36,272 nucleotides of DNA, taken from contig JAKSCN010000617.1 in assembly GCA_022360595.1 (NCBI GenBank), positions 1 through 36,272 of the forward strand, in the 5' to 3' direction. A model generated the notes under the pieces. That model made no database searches. It saw only the letters and a list, made by a program, of their open reading frames with translations, and was not told where the DNA came from. The stretch is from Chromatiales bacterium (GTDB taxonomy: Bacteria > Pseudomonadota > Gammaproteobacteria > Chromatiales > Chromatiaceae). This document shows positions 15,592 to 24,378 of the stretch, in pieces. Within the stretch, counting starts at the first letter, position 1. Every line of letters starts with the position of its first letter. The position numbers and the translations under genes were made by a program.

Positions 15592-17265
15592 CTAGTCTTC
15601 TTCTTCCGCGATCCAGCGTTTCACCACTTGAGCAACACGTTTGGGGTCTTCCGCGACCATCTGACGAGCGGCCTCCAGGGTATCTTCATACTTCTCTGGA
15701 CCAGTCAGTTGAACCGGTTCACCATCGTGACCCAGCACCATGGTGCCATCCGGGCCAACCATTGCGCCCTCAACCCCTTCGGCGCCCTGACCCTCACCTT
15801 CACCTTCCAGTTTTTCAATAACCGGCGGCGCGGTCAGTCGAGCCATGGTCGGCTTGAGCACAAAGAAGATCAGGATCAATACCAACAGCGCACCGCCAAT
15901 CTGCTTGGCCAGATCCAACACCCAGGGCTGTTTCCATATCGGTACTTCAGGCAGTGGCGCCGGCGCTTCAGGCGCCATAAACGAGGCGTTGATCACCTTG
16001 ACGCTATCACCACGCTGTACACTGAAACCAATCGCCTCCTGCACCAGTTGTGTGATACGGCTAATCTCTTCCGGTGTCCGTTCAGCGCGAACCACATTAC
16101 CGTCGGCATCGGTAGTAAGGCTATCATCAACCACGACAGCGACAGAGAGTCGACGTAAGTCCCCTGTAGAGAGCCGGGTATGGCTGATGGTTTTATCCAG
16201 CTCATAGTTGCGAGTGGCGCGTTTACGGGTATTCAGCGGCGTGCCCTCGCCAGCTTCACCAGCCCCCTCTCCCGCAGCCACCTCTGGCGCAGTACCCGCC
16301 GCAGGTGGCTGATTGGTCAAAGCGCCCGGTACACCCTGTACAGCACTTAAGCGGCTCGCCTCTTCATTGATCTGTTCACTGCGCAGAGCCGGCAGATCTG
16401 GATTGAAGCGCTCCTGGGTCTGTTCGGTAACAGTAAAGTCAACTTTTGCGGTAACTTGGGCGCGTACATTATCAGCGCCCAGAATCGGAATCAGAATATC
16501 TTCGATGCGTTGACGATAGTGATCTTCCAGTTTTTTGGTGTAGTCGAACTGAGTCGCGGTGAGCATCATCTCGCGGCTATCCACCGGGTTGCTCAGCATA
16601 TTGCCTTTATGGTCCACCACGGTCACTTTGCTGGGCGCCAGCTCTGGCACACTGGAGGAGACCAGATGAACAATTGAAGTGACCTGGCTGGGCTCCAGCA
16701 CGCGTCCGGCATAGAGTTTCAGTACCACCGAGGCGCTGGGGACTTTGCGTTTGCGCACAAAGACCGACTGCTTGGGTGTTGCCAGGTGTACACGCGCCGT
16801 CTCAATATTGGCCAGTGTGCTGATGGTGCGGGCCAGTTCGCCCTCCAGTGCTTTATGAAACCGCGCCGCTTCCAGTGCACGGCTGGTACCAAAGCCGCTC
16901 TCCTGCTGCAGCAGTTCAAAACCGATGGAATCCGATCGGGGCAGCCCTTGTCCAGCAAGTTTCATCCGCGCGTCATGCAGTTGAGCACTGGATACCATCA
17001 AGGCACCCGAAGCTTGATCAATTTTGTATTTAATCCCCGCCTGATCCAACGCAGTGATTACTTCAGTGGCATCTTTCTGGGAGAGATTGCCATATAGCAG
17101 ACTGTATGAGGGGGTTTGCGACCAGAGCACCACAGCCACGCCCAATGCAACACTCAAGGCAATGCCTAGCATCACCACCAATTGACGCACCACCGGATTG
17201 TGCATAATCGGCTTTGGCTGTTCGCCCATACCAGCCTTGTTGGTGTCTACCATTTCACTAGCCAT
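15592..17265 (-). CDS. fliF: Flagellar MS-ring protein FliF
   Basis: 557 aa. It has an N-terminal TM span, the LYGNLSQKDATEVITALDQAGIKYK motif, a second TM near the C terminus, and sits between fliE and fliG. Confidence 0.95.
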   Translation of the reverse strand: MASEMVDTNKAGMGEQPKPIMHNPVVRQLVVMLGIALSVALGVAVVLWSQTPSYSLLYGNLSQKDATEVITALDQAGIKYKIDQASGALMVSSAQLHDARMKLAGQGLPRSDSIGFELLQQESGFGTSRALEAARFHKALEGELARTISTLANIETARVHLATPKQSVFVRKRKVPSASVVLKLYAGRVLEPSQVTSIVHLVSSSVPELAPSKVTVVDHKGNMLSNPVDSREMMLTATQFDYTKKLEDHYRQRIEDILIPILGADNVRAQVTAKVDFTVTEQTQERFNPDLPALRSEQINEEASRLSAVQGVPGALTNQPPAAGTAPEVAAGEGAGEAGEGTPLNTRKRATRNYELDKTISHTRLSTGDLRRLSVAVVVDDSLTTDADGNVVRAERTPEEISRITQLVQEAIGFSVQRGDSVKVINASFMAPEAPAPLPEVPIWKQPWVLDLAKQIGGALLVLILIFFVLKPTMARLTAPPVIEKLEGEGEGQGAEGVEGAMVGPDGTMVLGHDGEPVQLTGPEKYEDTLEAARQMVAEDPKRVAQVVKRWIAEEED

Positions 17266-17327
17266 TATCTACCCACCTTACTCAAACTTACTCACTATGT
17301 TGATCAGAACTCCACTTCAAACCCTGA

Positions 17328-17645
17328 TCAGATAGGCATATTCATTACATCTTTGTAAGCTTCAACCAACTTGTTACGCACCTGTACCATCGCTTGGAAT
17401 GAGAGACTGGCTTTCTGGGAGGCGATCATCACTTGCGCCAAATTTACGTCACCCTCGCCAAGCTCAAAGGAGGTCTTCAGCTCGCTGGAGTGCTGCTGCG
17501 CTTCGTTGACAGAGTTGATCGACTGTTTCAGCAGATCACCAAATCCCTCGCCAGACGCCTGTTCCGCAGGCTTTGGCTGGTTAGCCGCCTGGGCAGCCAG
17601 GGTTCGCATCTGGGCGAGAACTTGGTCGACATTCATTGTGCTCAT
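17328..17645 (-). CDS. fliE: Flagellar hook-basal body complex protein FliE
   Basis: 105 aa. The C terminus ..VMIASQKASLSFQAMVQVRNKLVEAYKDVMNMPI is the conserved FliE end. Confidence 0.9.
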   Translation of the reverse strand: MSTMNVDQVLAQMRTLAAQAANQPKPAEQASGEGFGDLLKQSINSVNEAQQHSSELKTSFELGEGDVNLAQVMIASQKASLSFQAMVQVRNKLVEAYKDVMNMPI

Positions 17646-17685
17646 GGTTACGAAATATCCGTCAGTTAGCAGTTAATGAATTTAT

Positions 17686-17702
17686 ATGCAGATAATGCAC
17701 CA
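17686..17702 (-). promoter_or_regulatory. Sigma-54 (-24/-12) promoter for fliE(-fliJ)
   Basis: The minus strand reads TGGTGC-ATTAT-CTGCAT, i.e. GG-N10-GC spacing matching TGGCAC-N5-TTGCA. It lies ~40 nt upstream of the fliE ATG, just downstream of the fleR stop. Confidence 0.65.
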
Positions 17703-17718
17703 ATTTTGTCAGCGCCAT

Positions 17719-19077
17719 TTATCCGGGGATAGCAACACCGGAATCACGCAGACGGGCTATCTTGTAACGCAATGTGCGTTGACTAATGCCCAGTTTTTCC
17801 GCGGCGCTTTTACGGCTACCATTGCCCTCCTTCAGCGCATCGAGAATGAGCTGCTCTTCCATATTTTTCAGCCCGTCGGTCAGACGCCGCCCCTGCTTGC
17901 TCTCTTTCGCAATAGCAGTCGGCTCTTCTACCGACATAATGTTACTTGGGGCCTCCATCTCGAAAATCAGATGGTCCGGGGTGATCTCACTGCCGTTACA
18001 GAGAATCATGGCGCGCTGAATGATGTTATCCAGCTCACGTACATTCCCAGGCCAGGTGTGACTGAGCAGACGTTGCTCAGCCACTGCGCTGAACAGTGGC
18101 ATGGGGAACCCCTGGGCATTGCAGTGTTGCTGCAGCAGATGATTGGCCAACGGCAGGATATCCCGAGGACGCTCCCGCAATGGCGGCAGCAGCAGCGGAA
18201 AGACGTTGAGGCGATAGAAGAGATCCTCGCGAAAACGCCCAGCCGCCACCTCTTCGCGCAAATTGCGGTTGGTGGTAGCCAGCACTCGCACATCCAGAGG
18301 AATGATTTGACGGCCACCCAAGCGCTCCACTTCACGCTCTTGCAGTACACGCAGCAGTTTTGCCTGCAGTCCGAGATCCATTTCCGAGATCTCATCCAAC
18401 AGCAATGTCCCCCCTTGCGCTTGCTCAAACTTACCCGGCGCCGATTGATAAGCGCCGGTATAGGCGCCCTTCTCATAACCGAACAGAACCGCTTCCAACA
18501 TATTGTCGGGAATAGCCGCGCAGTTGATCGCCACAAAAGGGGCCTGACTGCGTACTGAGGCATGATGGATATAACGGGCATAGACCTCTTTACCGGTGCC
18601 ACTTTCGCCAGCAATCATCACCGTCACTTCACTAGTCGCGACACGTTGCGCCAGTGAGAGCAGCTCACGTGAGCGTAGATCTTCAGCAATCACCGAACAC
18701 CCCTCTGACTGACGATGAATGGCCGACTTACGCACCTTCTTCAGCAACAGTTCCGGCTCAAAAGGTTTGGCCAGATAATCCACCGCCCCATCCCGCATGG
18801 CGCTAACAGCCTTTTCGATGTTGCCATAAGCGGTCATCAGCAGTACCGGGATATCGGGATGGCTGTTTTTAATCCGCGCCAACAACTCATTGCCATCCAT
18901 AGGCTGCATCTGCACATCACTGATAACCATGCCGATCGCCTGTTGCTTAAGGGCGCGCAGTGCCGCCTGGCCATCACCAACAGCGATGACACGATAATCG
19001 GCCAGTTCCAATGTATCGCTGATAGCCTCACGCAAGGTTGGATCATCTTCTACAACCAGTAAGGTGGTTTCACTCAT
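17719..19077 (-). CDS. fleR: Sigma-54-dependent two-component response regulator (FleR / FlrC type)
   Basis: 452 aa. The receiver domain has an acceptor Asp context (MVISDVQMQPMDG). The AAA+ sigma-54 activator core includes GESGTGKE and GAYTGA. A C-terminal Fis-type HTH is present (AAEKLGISQRTLRYKI). The start overlaps the fleS stop (ATGA). Confidence 0.9.
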   Translation of the reverse strand: MSETTLLVVEDDPTLREAISDTLELADYRVIAVGDGQAALRALKQQAIGMVISDVQMQPMDGNELLARIKNSHPDIPVLLMTAYGNIEKAVSAMRDGAVDYLAKPFEPELLLKKVRKSAIHRQSEGCSVIAEDLRSRELLSLAQRVATSEVTVMIAGESGTGKEVYARYIHHASVRSQAPFVAINCAAIPDNMLEAVLFGYEKGAYTGAYQSAPGKFEQAQGGTLLLDEISEMDLGLQAKLLRVLQEREVERLGGRQIIPLDVRVLATTNRNLREEVAAGRFREDLFYRLNVFPLLLPPLRERPRDILPLANHLLQQHCNAQGFPMPLFSAVAEQRLLSHTWPGNVRELDNIIQRAMILCNGSEITPDHLIFEMEAPSNIMSVEEPTAIAKESKQGRRLTDGLKNMEEQLILDALKEGNGSRKSAAEKLGISQRTLRYKIARLRDSGVAIPG

Positions 19078-20300
19078 GCTACACCTCTCAACTTAAGATC
19101 CTGTTGTTCTCTGTTACGCTGTTCCATATTGTTGGATGCCTTCCCCTTCTGTGTGGCAAAGCACATCTTGAAACCAGCACCACCCGCTGCGGGGCGGTAG
19201 ACGCTGATTTCACCACCATGACCAAGTACCACCGATTGAACAATTGCCAGCCCAAGTCCAGTGCCATCACTGCGGGTGGTAAAGAAGGGATCAAAAACCT
19301 GCTTGGCAACAGCGGGATCGACGCCCGGGCCATTGTCCTCAAAACGCAGGGTCAATAGGTTATCTGTCTGCTCCAACACCACCCGGAGGGTTACACCTAC
19401 GCCACTGTGATCCAGTGTGTTGTTGGCAAGATTATTAAACGCACCCAGCAGTGCATCGGCGTTACCACAAATAACGGCGTCGCCTTGGCTGCGATCATCC
19501 AGTACGATTTCAGCCTGCTGCTCGGCAAACAACGGCGCCAGCGTCTGCACCATCTGTTCAAGAATATGGGAAAGACAAGCGCTCTCAGGTTCATATTGGC
19601 CGCCTCGGGCAAAGGCGAGCATATCGTTGATCTGACGCTCCATGTAGTGGAGACGCTGGCGACAGCGCTCAGAGAAGCGCTCACGCTGATTTTGATTCAG
19701 ATCGGCACGGGCCAGATTCGAGGTATAGAGCAGCGCCGATGAGAGCGGAGTTCGAATCTGATGAGCCAGTTGCGCGGCCATTTCACCCATGGCCGTGAGG
19801 CGCTGTTGCCGATCCAGGCGCTCCTGTAACTCACGTTTTTCGGTGATATCGAGCATCAGGATAATACGCCCGGCTTCGGGATCGAGGCGCTTTTCAGTGA
19901 TATTGACCAGTTTGCCGGAGATCAGTCGACGCTCGTGTCCTTCCTGCCCCGCTTGAAACTGCCTGCGACTCAGTTCAAACCAGGACTGACCAATGGCAAT
20001 ACCGGGCATCAGCGCCTTTGCGGCTGGATTGATCTGCTCCAACTGCTCTTCCGCATCCAAAACGACAACGGCTGCAGGCAAGGTATCCAACAGTTTACTG
20101 AGACGATTGGCCAGAATCTCCTTCTCCGCCAACTGGCGCATACGCTCACTGCGTGCCGCTGCCAGCTCCTGATTCAACAGGGAGACACGGGTCTGGAGTT
20201 GATGGTAGGAGTCAACCAACTGTTCAGAGACTTGATTGAAGACCTGGAATGCATCTTCAAGCTGTTTCTGCTGTAACGGGTTGTTGGTGCTGTTGTGCAT
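19074..20300 (-). CDS. fleS: Cytoplasmic PAS-domain sensor histidine kinase (FleS / FlrB type)
   Basis: 408 aa with no hydrophobic TM segment. It has an N-terminal coiled coil and a PAS-like region. The H-box is LAHQIRTPLSS, and the HATPase N, G1 and G2 boxes are present (NNLANNTLDH, DNGPGV, GTGLGL). Confidence 0.9.
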   Translation of the reverse strand: MHNSTNNPLQQKQLEDAFQVFNQVSEQLVDSYHQLQTRVSLLNQELAAARSERMRQLAEKEILANRLSKLLDTLPAAVVVLDAEEQLEQINPAAKALMPGIAIGQSWFELSRRQFQAGQEGHERRLISGKLVNITEKRLDPEAGRIILMLDITEKRELQERLDRQQRLTAMGEMAAQLAHQIRTPLSSALLYTSNLARADLNQNQRERFSERCRQRLHYMERQINDMLAFARGGQYEPESACLSHILEQMVQTLAPLFAEQQAEIVLDDRSQGDAVICGNADALLGAFNNLANNTLDHSGVGVTLRVVLEQTDNLLTLRFEDNGPGVDPAVAKQVFDPFFTTRSDGTGLGLAIVQSVVLGHGGEISVYRPAAGGAGFKMCFATQKGKASNNMEQRNREQQDLKLRGVA

Positions 20301-20342
20301 CTAAATTCGCCACTGTCTTTACTAAACGTTTGAGACAGTTAA

Positions 20343-20358
20343 TGCAAATTAGATGCCG
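20343..20358 (-). promoter_or_regulatory. Sigma-54 (-24/-12) promoter for fleS-fleR
   Basis: The minus strand reads CGGCAT-CTAAT-TTGCA, with GG-N10-GC spacing and a perfect TTGCA -12 element. It lies ~45 nt upstream of the fleS ATG at 20300. Confidence 0.65.
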
Positions 20359-20411
20359 AAATACATTATTTATTTATAATCAATGAGTTAAAAGAAGAAC
20401 AAAAAGCATGG

Positions 20412-21893
20412 TCAAACTATTGACGTATCTGTACTGCGTTGTAAGCCATATTTACGCAGTTTCTCCACTAGCGTGGTGCGACGCATCTTCAGGCGCTTGG
20501 CTGCATGGGCCACCACGCCGCTGGACTCATCCAGGGCCTGGCGAATCAGATTGAATTCCAGGTTGCTCAGATGCTCTTTCAGATCGATCCCTTCGCTAGG
20601 CAGGCGCGGTACGGTAGCCACTGTTTCAGGCTCGTCACCCTTCACATTCACTTCAGGCAGCGTGTTGACAGCAGTCTGGCTGGACGCTATGCCGGCACGG
20701 AATTTTTCCGGGAGATCTTTGACATCCACTACGCCATAGGGATAGAGAATAGCGAGACGTTCGATCAGATTGGCCAGCTCACGCACATTGCCTGGCCATT
20801 TATATTGACTAAGGGCCATAACCGCCGCAGGCGTAAGGCGGACAGAGCCGCGCTTTTCGGTTTCGATACGGGAGATCAAGTCATTGACCAGTACCGGGAT
20901 ATCTTCCATCCGATCTCGCAATGGGGGCATTTCGATAGGGAAGACATTCAGACGGTAGAAGAGGTCCTCTCTAAATTTCTCCTGCTTGATCGACTCCTCT
21001 AGATTACGGTGCGTCGCAGCGATAATACGTACATTACATTCGATCGTTCTATTGCTACCGACCCGCTCGAAGGTGCGCTCCTGCAGCACACGCAGCAGTT
21101 TTACCTGCATCGGCATGCTCATATCGCCAATCTCATCCAGGAACAGTGTCCCTCCATCGGCCATCTCAAAGCGGCCCTGGCGAGCGCTGATCGCCCCTGT
21201 GAACGCCCCCTTCTCATGCCCGAACAGCTCACTCTCAAGTAGATCAGCGGGAATCGCACCGCAGTTGACCGGCACAAAGGGTTTACCCCGGCGGCTGGAG
21301 TTGTAGTGAAGTTTACGCGCCACCACCTCTTTACCCGTACCCGACTCGCCCAAAATCAGCACTGTTGCCTCGGTATTGGCAACCTGCTCAATCATTTTAT
21401 TGATGCTGCGGGTAGCCCGGCTGTTGCCGGAGAGACTACGGAACAGTTCGATGGGACGATGATCAGCAGAAACACCTATGTGCTGCTCTTGATAAACCTG
21501 GGCCTTGTGCAGCAAGCTCATGAGAGCCTCATAACGGGTTGGCAGTTCCAAAATACCGAGGAACTGAGTCTGCGACATCGTGGTGGTGAAGTCATTACCT
21601 GCCGGCTGTAACTGAAAAAAAGCAGGTTTGAGTGCCGATTTTTCAGCTATCTCAATGATTTTTTCAGCCTGATCAGCGGTAATATCGGGACTGCAGAGTA
21701 CCGCCAGGCAGTTATCACAAGATTTGCTGCTCAGACGTTTCTTCAGCTCGGTTTCATCGGCAAAAACTTCAACCTGATAATCAAGGAAAGTCAGAATACT
21801 CTGCAAATAGGAAATTCTTTCGGCATTTTCATCAACAAGTAAAACGGCCCCGTTTTCTAGCATTGGATATACCCCAAGAATCTCCTTATTCAT
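20412..21893 (-). CDS. fleQ: Sigma-54-dependent flagellar master regulator (FleQ / FlrA type)
   Basis: The N-terminal receiver-like domain has no obvious canonical acceptor Asp context (..CLAVLCSPDI..). The AAA+ core includes GESGTGKE and GAFTGA, and a C-terminal HTH is present. The ORF track starts at the TTG at 21917. ATG 21893 (MNKEIL) and ATG 21863 (MLENGAVLLVDE) are both more plausible, and the choice is unresolved. Confidence 0.85.
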   Translation of the reverse strand: MNKEILGVYPMLENGAVLLVDENAERISYLQSILTFLDYQVEVFADETELKKRLSSKSCDNCLAVLCSPDITADQAEKIIEIAEKSALKPAFFQLQPAGNDFTTTMSQTQFLGILELPTRYEALMSLLHKAQVYQEQHIGVSADHRPIELFRSLSGNSRATRSINKMIEQVANTEATVLILGESGTGKEVVARKLHYNSSRRGKPFVPVNCGAIPADLLESELFGHEKGAFTGAISARQGRFEMADGGTLFLDEIGDMSMPMQVKLLRVLQERTFERVGSNRTIECNVRIIAATHRNLEESIKQEKFREDLFYRLNVFPIEMPPLRDRMEDIPVLVNDLISRIETEKRGSVRLTPAAVMALSQYKWPGNVRELANLIERLAILYPYGVVDVKDLPEKFRAGIASSQTAVNTLPEVNVKGDEPETVATVPRLPSEGIDLKEHLSNLEFNLIRQALDESSGVVAHAAKRLKMRRTTLVEKLRKYGLQRSTDTSIV

Positions 21894-21937
21894 TATTCGA
21901 TCACTTCCCTTACACAAAATATTTAATTTATACGTGA

Positions 21938-21966
21938 AGTTAAACAGTTTATCTCAGAGTTGTCAA
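21938..21966 (-). promoter_or_regulatory. Candidate sigma-70 promoter for fleQ
   Basis: The minus strand reads TTGACA-N17-TTAACT: a perfect -35 and a weak -10. It lies ~45 nt upstream of ATG 21893. Confidence 0.3.
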
Positions 21967-22243
21967 AAATATGTCGTAACAAAAAATCATGACAGACTCA
22001 TGAACAAATCTATCGATTTCGGGCACCGAGAGGGAGAATAATTCCTAGGGGTTGTCACATCAATCTGATCACCATTATCACTTTTAATCCAGCAAGCCAG
22101 AAGCAACGTCATCCAGCGATGTCTACAATAGCAGCACTCAACATCTCTTTGTTACATATGGAACCTCAGAGCATCAGCCGAGAATTAGTCAGAGGTTCCT
22201 TAATCTTTAGAGTGACACAAGCTGGCTCTTTGTGAGAGGCTCC

Positions 22244-22792
22244 CTAAGATCTAGATTTCAAGCTAGCCACCTGACGCCGATGACAACGAAATACACTTTT
22301 TTCCAATAGATCGGTGACTGGGGGTGATACCCCCTTAAAAAGACATAACACAGCCATACCTTCCGCCTCAGCAGTCACAGAGAGCACTTCCGCAAGCAAC
22401 GTTAAAGGTTGGGCCATTCGAGTGTCGAGATAGAGAGAGAGCAGAACCACCTGACCCGCTTGAAGCTCAACGTTTTCGCAATACCACTCAATACCGACGG
22501 CGGAGAGCTTGACCGGGTAAGAGTTGGCGCCCTCTTGACCTGAACGGATCAACTCAGTAACCAGGTCCGTGAGCAGATCCAGCTTGGCCTCTAAACGAAT
22601 AATGGCGGCCATCTGCTCTGGGTTCTCCTCTAACACCTCCTTATGGCTCTCCTCACTGGCATGCAGCACCATCAATAAACGTTCATTGCGCTGGTTGACC
22701 TGCTCAATTTGCGCCTGAGGACTAGAGCACAGTGTCCAGCTCAGGGGCAGATGATCCTCATAGACCAACACATCGGTAAATGGGTGAGACAT
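22244..22792 (-). CDS. Degenerate / atypical PilZ-like protein (helical N-terminal half + PilZ-like beta-barrel half)
   Basis: 182 aa. The C-terminal half (PVKLSAVGIEWYCENVELQAGQVVLLSLYLD..LTLLAEVLSV..AVLCLFKGVSP..LLEKSVFRCHRR) has the PilZ barrel pattern. The (D/N)xSxxG motif is reduced to KLSAVG, and there is no RxxxR (only RNER). The N-terminal half is predicted helical (IIRLEAKLDLLTDLVTELI). This resembles the tetrameric non-canonical PilZ class as I recall it. Confidence 0.5.
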   Translation of the reverse strand: MSHPFTDVLVYEDHLPLSWTLCSSPQAQIEQVNQRNERLLMVLHASEESHKEVLEENPEQMAAIIRLEAKLDLLTDLVTELIRSGQEGANSYPVKLSAVGIEWYCENVELQAGQVVLLSLYLDTRMAQPLTLLAEVLSVTAEAEGMAVLCLFKGVSPPVTDLLEKSVFRCHRRQVASLKSRS

Positions 22793-22909
22793 ACTATAAT
22801 ACCTCGGCCCTCAGGCCGTTGATTTACACCTTTTCTTGCACCAATGCTTGACATATTGAACAGCCTTCCTTAGAAAGACAACCATGTTCATTATTATAGG
22901 CTCCCCCAC

Positions 22910-24196
22910 TTGAGCGATATCCCCCTTAGTGCGCTTTTTATCGCACTGATTTTACTTATTCTTCTTTCAGCATTCTTCTCTGGCTCAGAAACGGCGCTCA
23001 TGACGCTTAACCGTTATCGCCTGCGCCATCTCGCCAAAGACAAACACAAGGGTGCTATCCGCGCAGAACGACTGCTTGAACGCCCAGACCGACTGATCGG
23101 CCTGATTCTGCTCGGTAATAACTTTGTCAATATTCTGGCCTCCTCCATTGCCACTATCATCGCCTTGCGTCTGGGTGGGGAAGGCGCCATTGCGGTATCC
23201 ACTTTCTTACTCACCATAGTCATTCTGCTGTTCGCAGAGGTAACGCCGAAAACCCTGGCGGCACTGCACCCGGAGAAACTTGCCTTCCCGGCGTCATTTG
23301 TCTACACGCCGCTGTTAAAAGTCACCTATCCACTGGTCTGGATAATCAATAGCATTGCCAACCGTATTCTCAAATATTTTGGTGTCTCGCCAGAAGATAC
23401 CAACGGGCACAGCCTGAGCCAGGAAGAGCTGCGTACCGTCGTCATGGAAGCTGGCGCACTGATTCCGAAAAAGCACCGCAAGATGCTACTTAGCATTCTC
23501 TATCTGGAAAAGGCGAATGTTGAAGACATTATGATTCCCCGCAACGAGGTGGACGGTATCAATCTGGATGACCCCATAGAGGAGGCGATCCGTCTGCTGC
23601 AGAGCAGCCAATATACACGCCTGCCCGTGTTCGAAGACAATATCGATAACATTATCGGCGTGATTCATACCCGTAAGGCGATGCACGCTTTGACCCATGG
23701 CGAGTTGACCAAAGAGGTGCTGCGGGAGATCTGCGACCTACCCTATTATGTACCGGAAGGCACTCCCCTCAATCTCCAACTGCTCAACTTCCAGCGTGAG
23801 AAAAAGCGCGTTGGCTTGATTGTGGATGAGTACGGAGACTTCCTTGGCCTGGTAACACTCGTTGATCTGTTGGAAGAGATCGTCGGTGAGTTTGTAACCG
23901 ACCCCTCCGACAGCGTACAAGATGTGCAGCCTCAAGATGACGGCAGCTATCTGGTTGCCGGTAGCGCCAATATTAAAGAGTTGGTGCGCACTCTCCACTG
24001 GGAACTCCCTACCGATGGCCCGAGAACCATCAATGGCCTCATCATCGAGTACCTGGAAACTATTCCTGAGCCGGGCACTAGTCTACTCTTGGAAGGGTAT
24101 CCGGTTGAGATCCTACAGACCCAGGACAACACAGTGCGTACCGTCAGAATTCAACCCGACAAGCGACGTGCAACAGTCGATCACGAGACAGATTAA
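22910..24196 (+). CDS. CNNM/DUF21 - CBS pair - CorC_HlyC family transporter (HlyC/CorC family)
   Basis: 428 aa from a TTG start. The N-terminal membrane domain carries LSAFFSGSETAL. A CBS pair (..VEDIMIPRNEV..) and a C-terminal CorC_HlyC-like domain follow. A candidate TTGACA-N17-TAGAAA promoter lies at 22848..22876. Confidence 0.85.
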   Translation: MSDIPLSALFIALILLILLSAFFSGSETALMTLNRYRLRHLAKDKHKGAIRAERLLERPDRLIGLILLGNNFVNILASSIATIIALRLGGEGAIAVSTFLLTIVILLFAEVTPKTLAALHPEKLAFPASFVYTPLLKVTYPLVWIINSIANRILKYFGVSPEDTNGHSLSQEELRTVVMEAGALIPKKHRKMLLSILYLEKANVEDIMIPRNEVDGINLDDPIEEAIRLLQSSQYTRLPVFEDNIDNIIGVIHTRKAMHALTHGELTKEVLREICDLPYYVPEGTPLNLQLLNFQREKKRVGLIVDEYGDFLGLVTLVDLLEEIVGEFVTDPSDSVQDVQPQDDGSYLVAGSANIKELVRTLHWELPTDGPRTINGLIIEYLETIPEPGTSLLLEGYPVEILQTQDNTVRTVRIQPDKRRATVDHETD

Positions 24197-24210
24197 ACCC
24201 GTTCGCTTTA

Positions 24211-24239
24211 TTGCATGTTAGGAAAAAAAAGTATATTTT
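24211..24239 (+). promoter_or_regulatory. Candidate sigma-70 promoter for the FHA-PilZ operon, implying a ~125-nt leader
   Basis: TTGCAT-N17-TATTTT. The downstream leader contains GCAACATAG-N11-CTATaGTTGC (9 bp with one bulge) and AGCTGCG-N8-CGCAcAGCT followed by A6. Confidence 0.25.
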
Positions 24240-24378
24240 TTAGGGATACATAAATACCATTTTTTGTAATCGCAACATAGGTGTAATAGATCTATAGTTG
24301 CTATACAGGGAGGTAAGGGGCAGCAAATAATAAAGCTGCGTAGGGAATCGCACAGCTAAAAAACCAGATGGGTTGGTA

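Noticed and set aside
15418-16158. A 246-aa + strand ORF lying antisense to the fliG/fliF junction. Similar antisense ORFs occur in fliI (13567..14019), dnaB (26756..27316, 27830..28300), rlmB/rnr (32246..32785) and elsewhere.
   Set aside because: All are fully overlapped by strongly supported genes on the opposite strand and have no start-site context or family signature. I treated them as non-coding shadows.
17686-18558. A 290-aa + strand ORF (plus 18715..19062 and others) lying antisense to fleR.
   Set aside because: It lies entirely inside a well-supported sigma-54 activator gene on the other strand. Its product is low-complexity (Arg/Leu/Gln-rich) with no recognisable motif. This is typical of a shadow ORF in GC-rich coding DNA.
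22119-22235. A 38-codon + strand ORF (MSTIAALNISLLHMEPQ..) in the fleQ upstream region. Also 19-codon ORFs at 35934..35993 and 36146..36205.
   Set aside because: They have no convincing ribosome-binding sites or recognisable features. Such short ORFs are expected by chance in AT-rich spacers.
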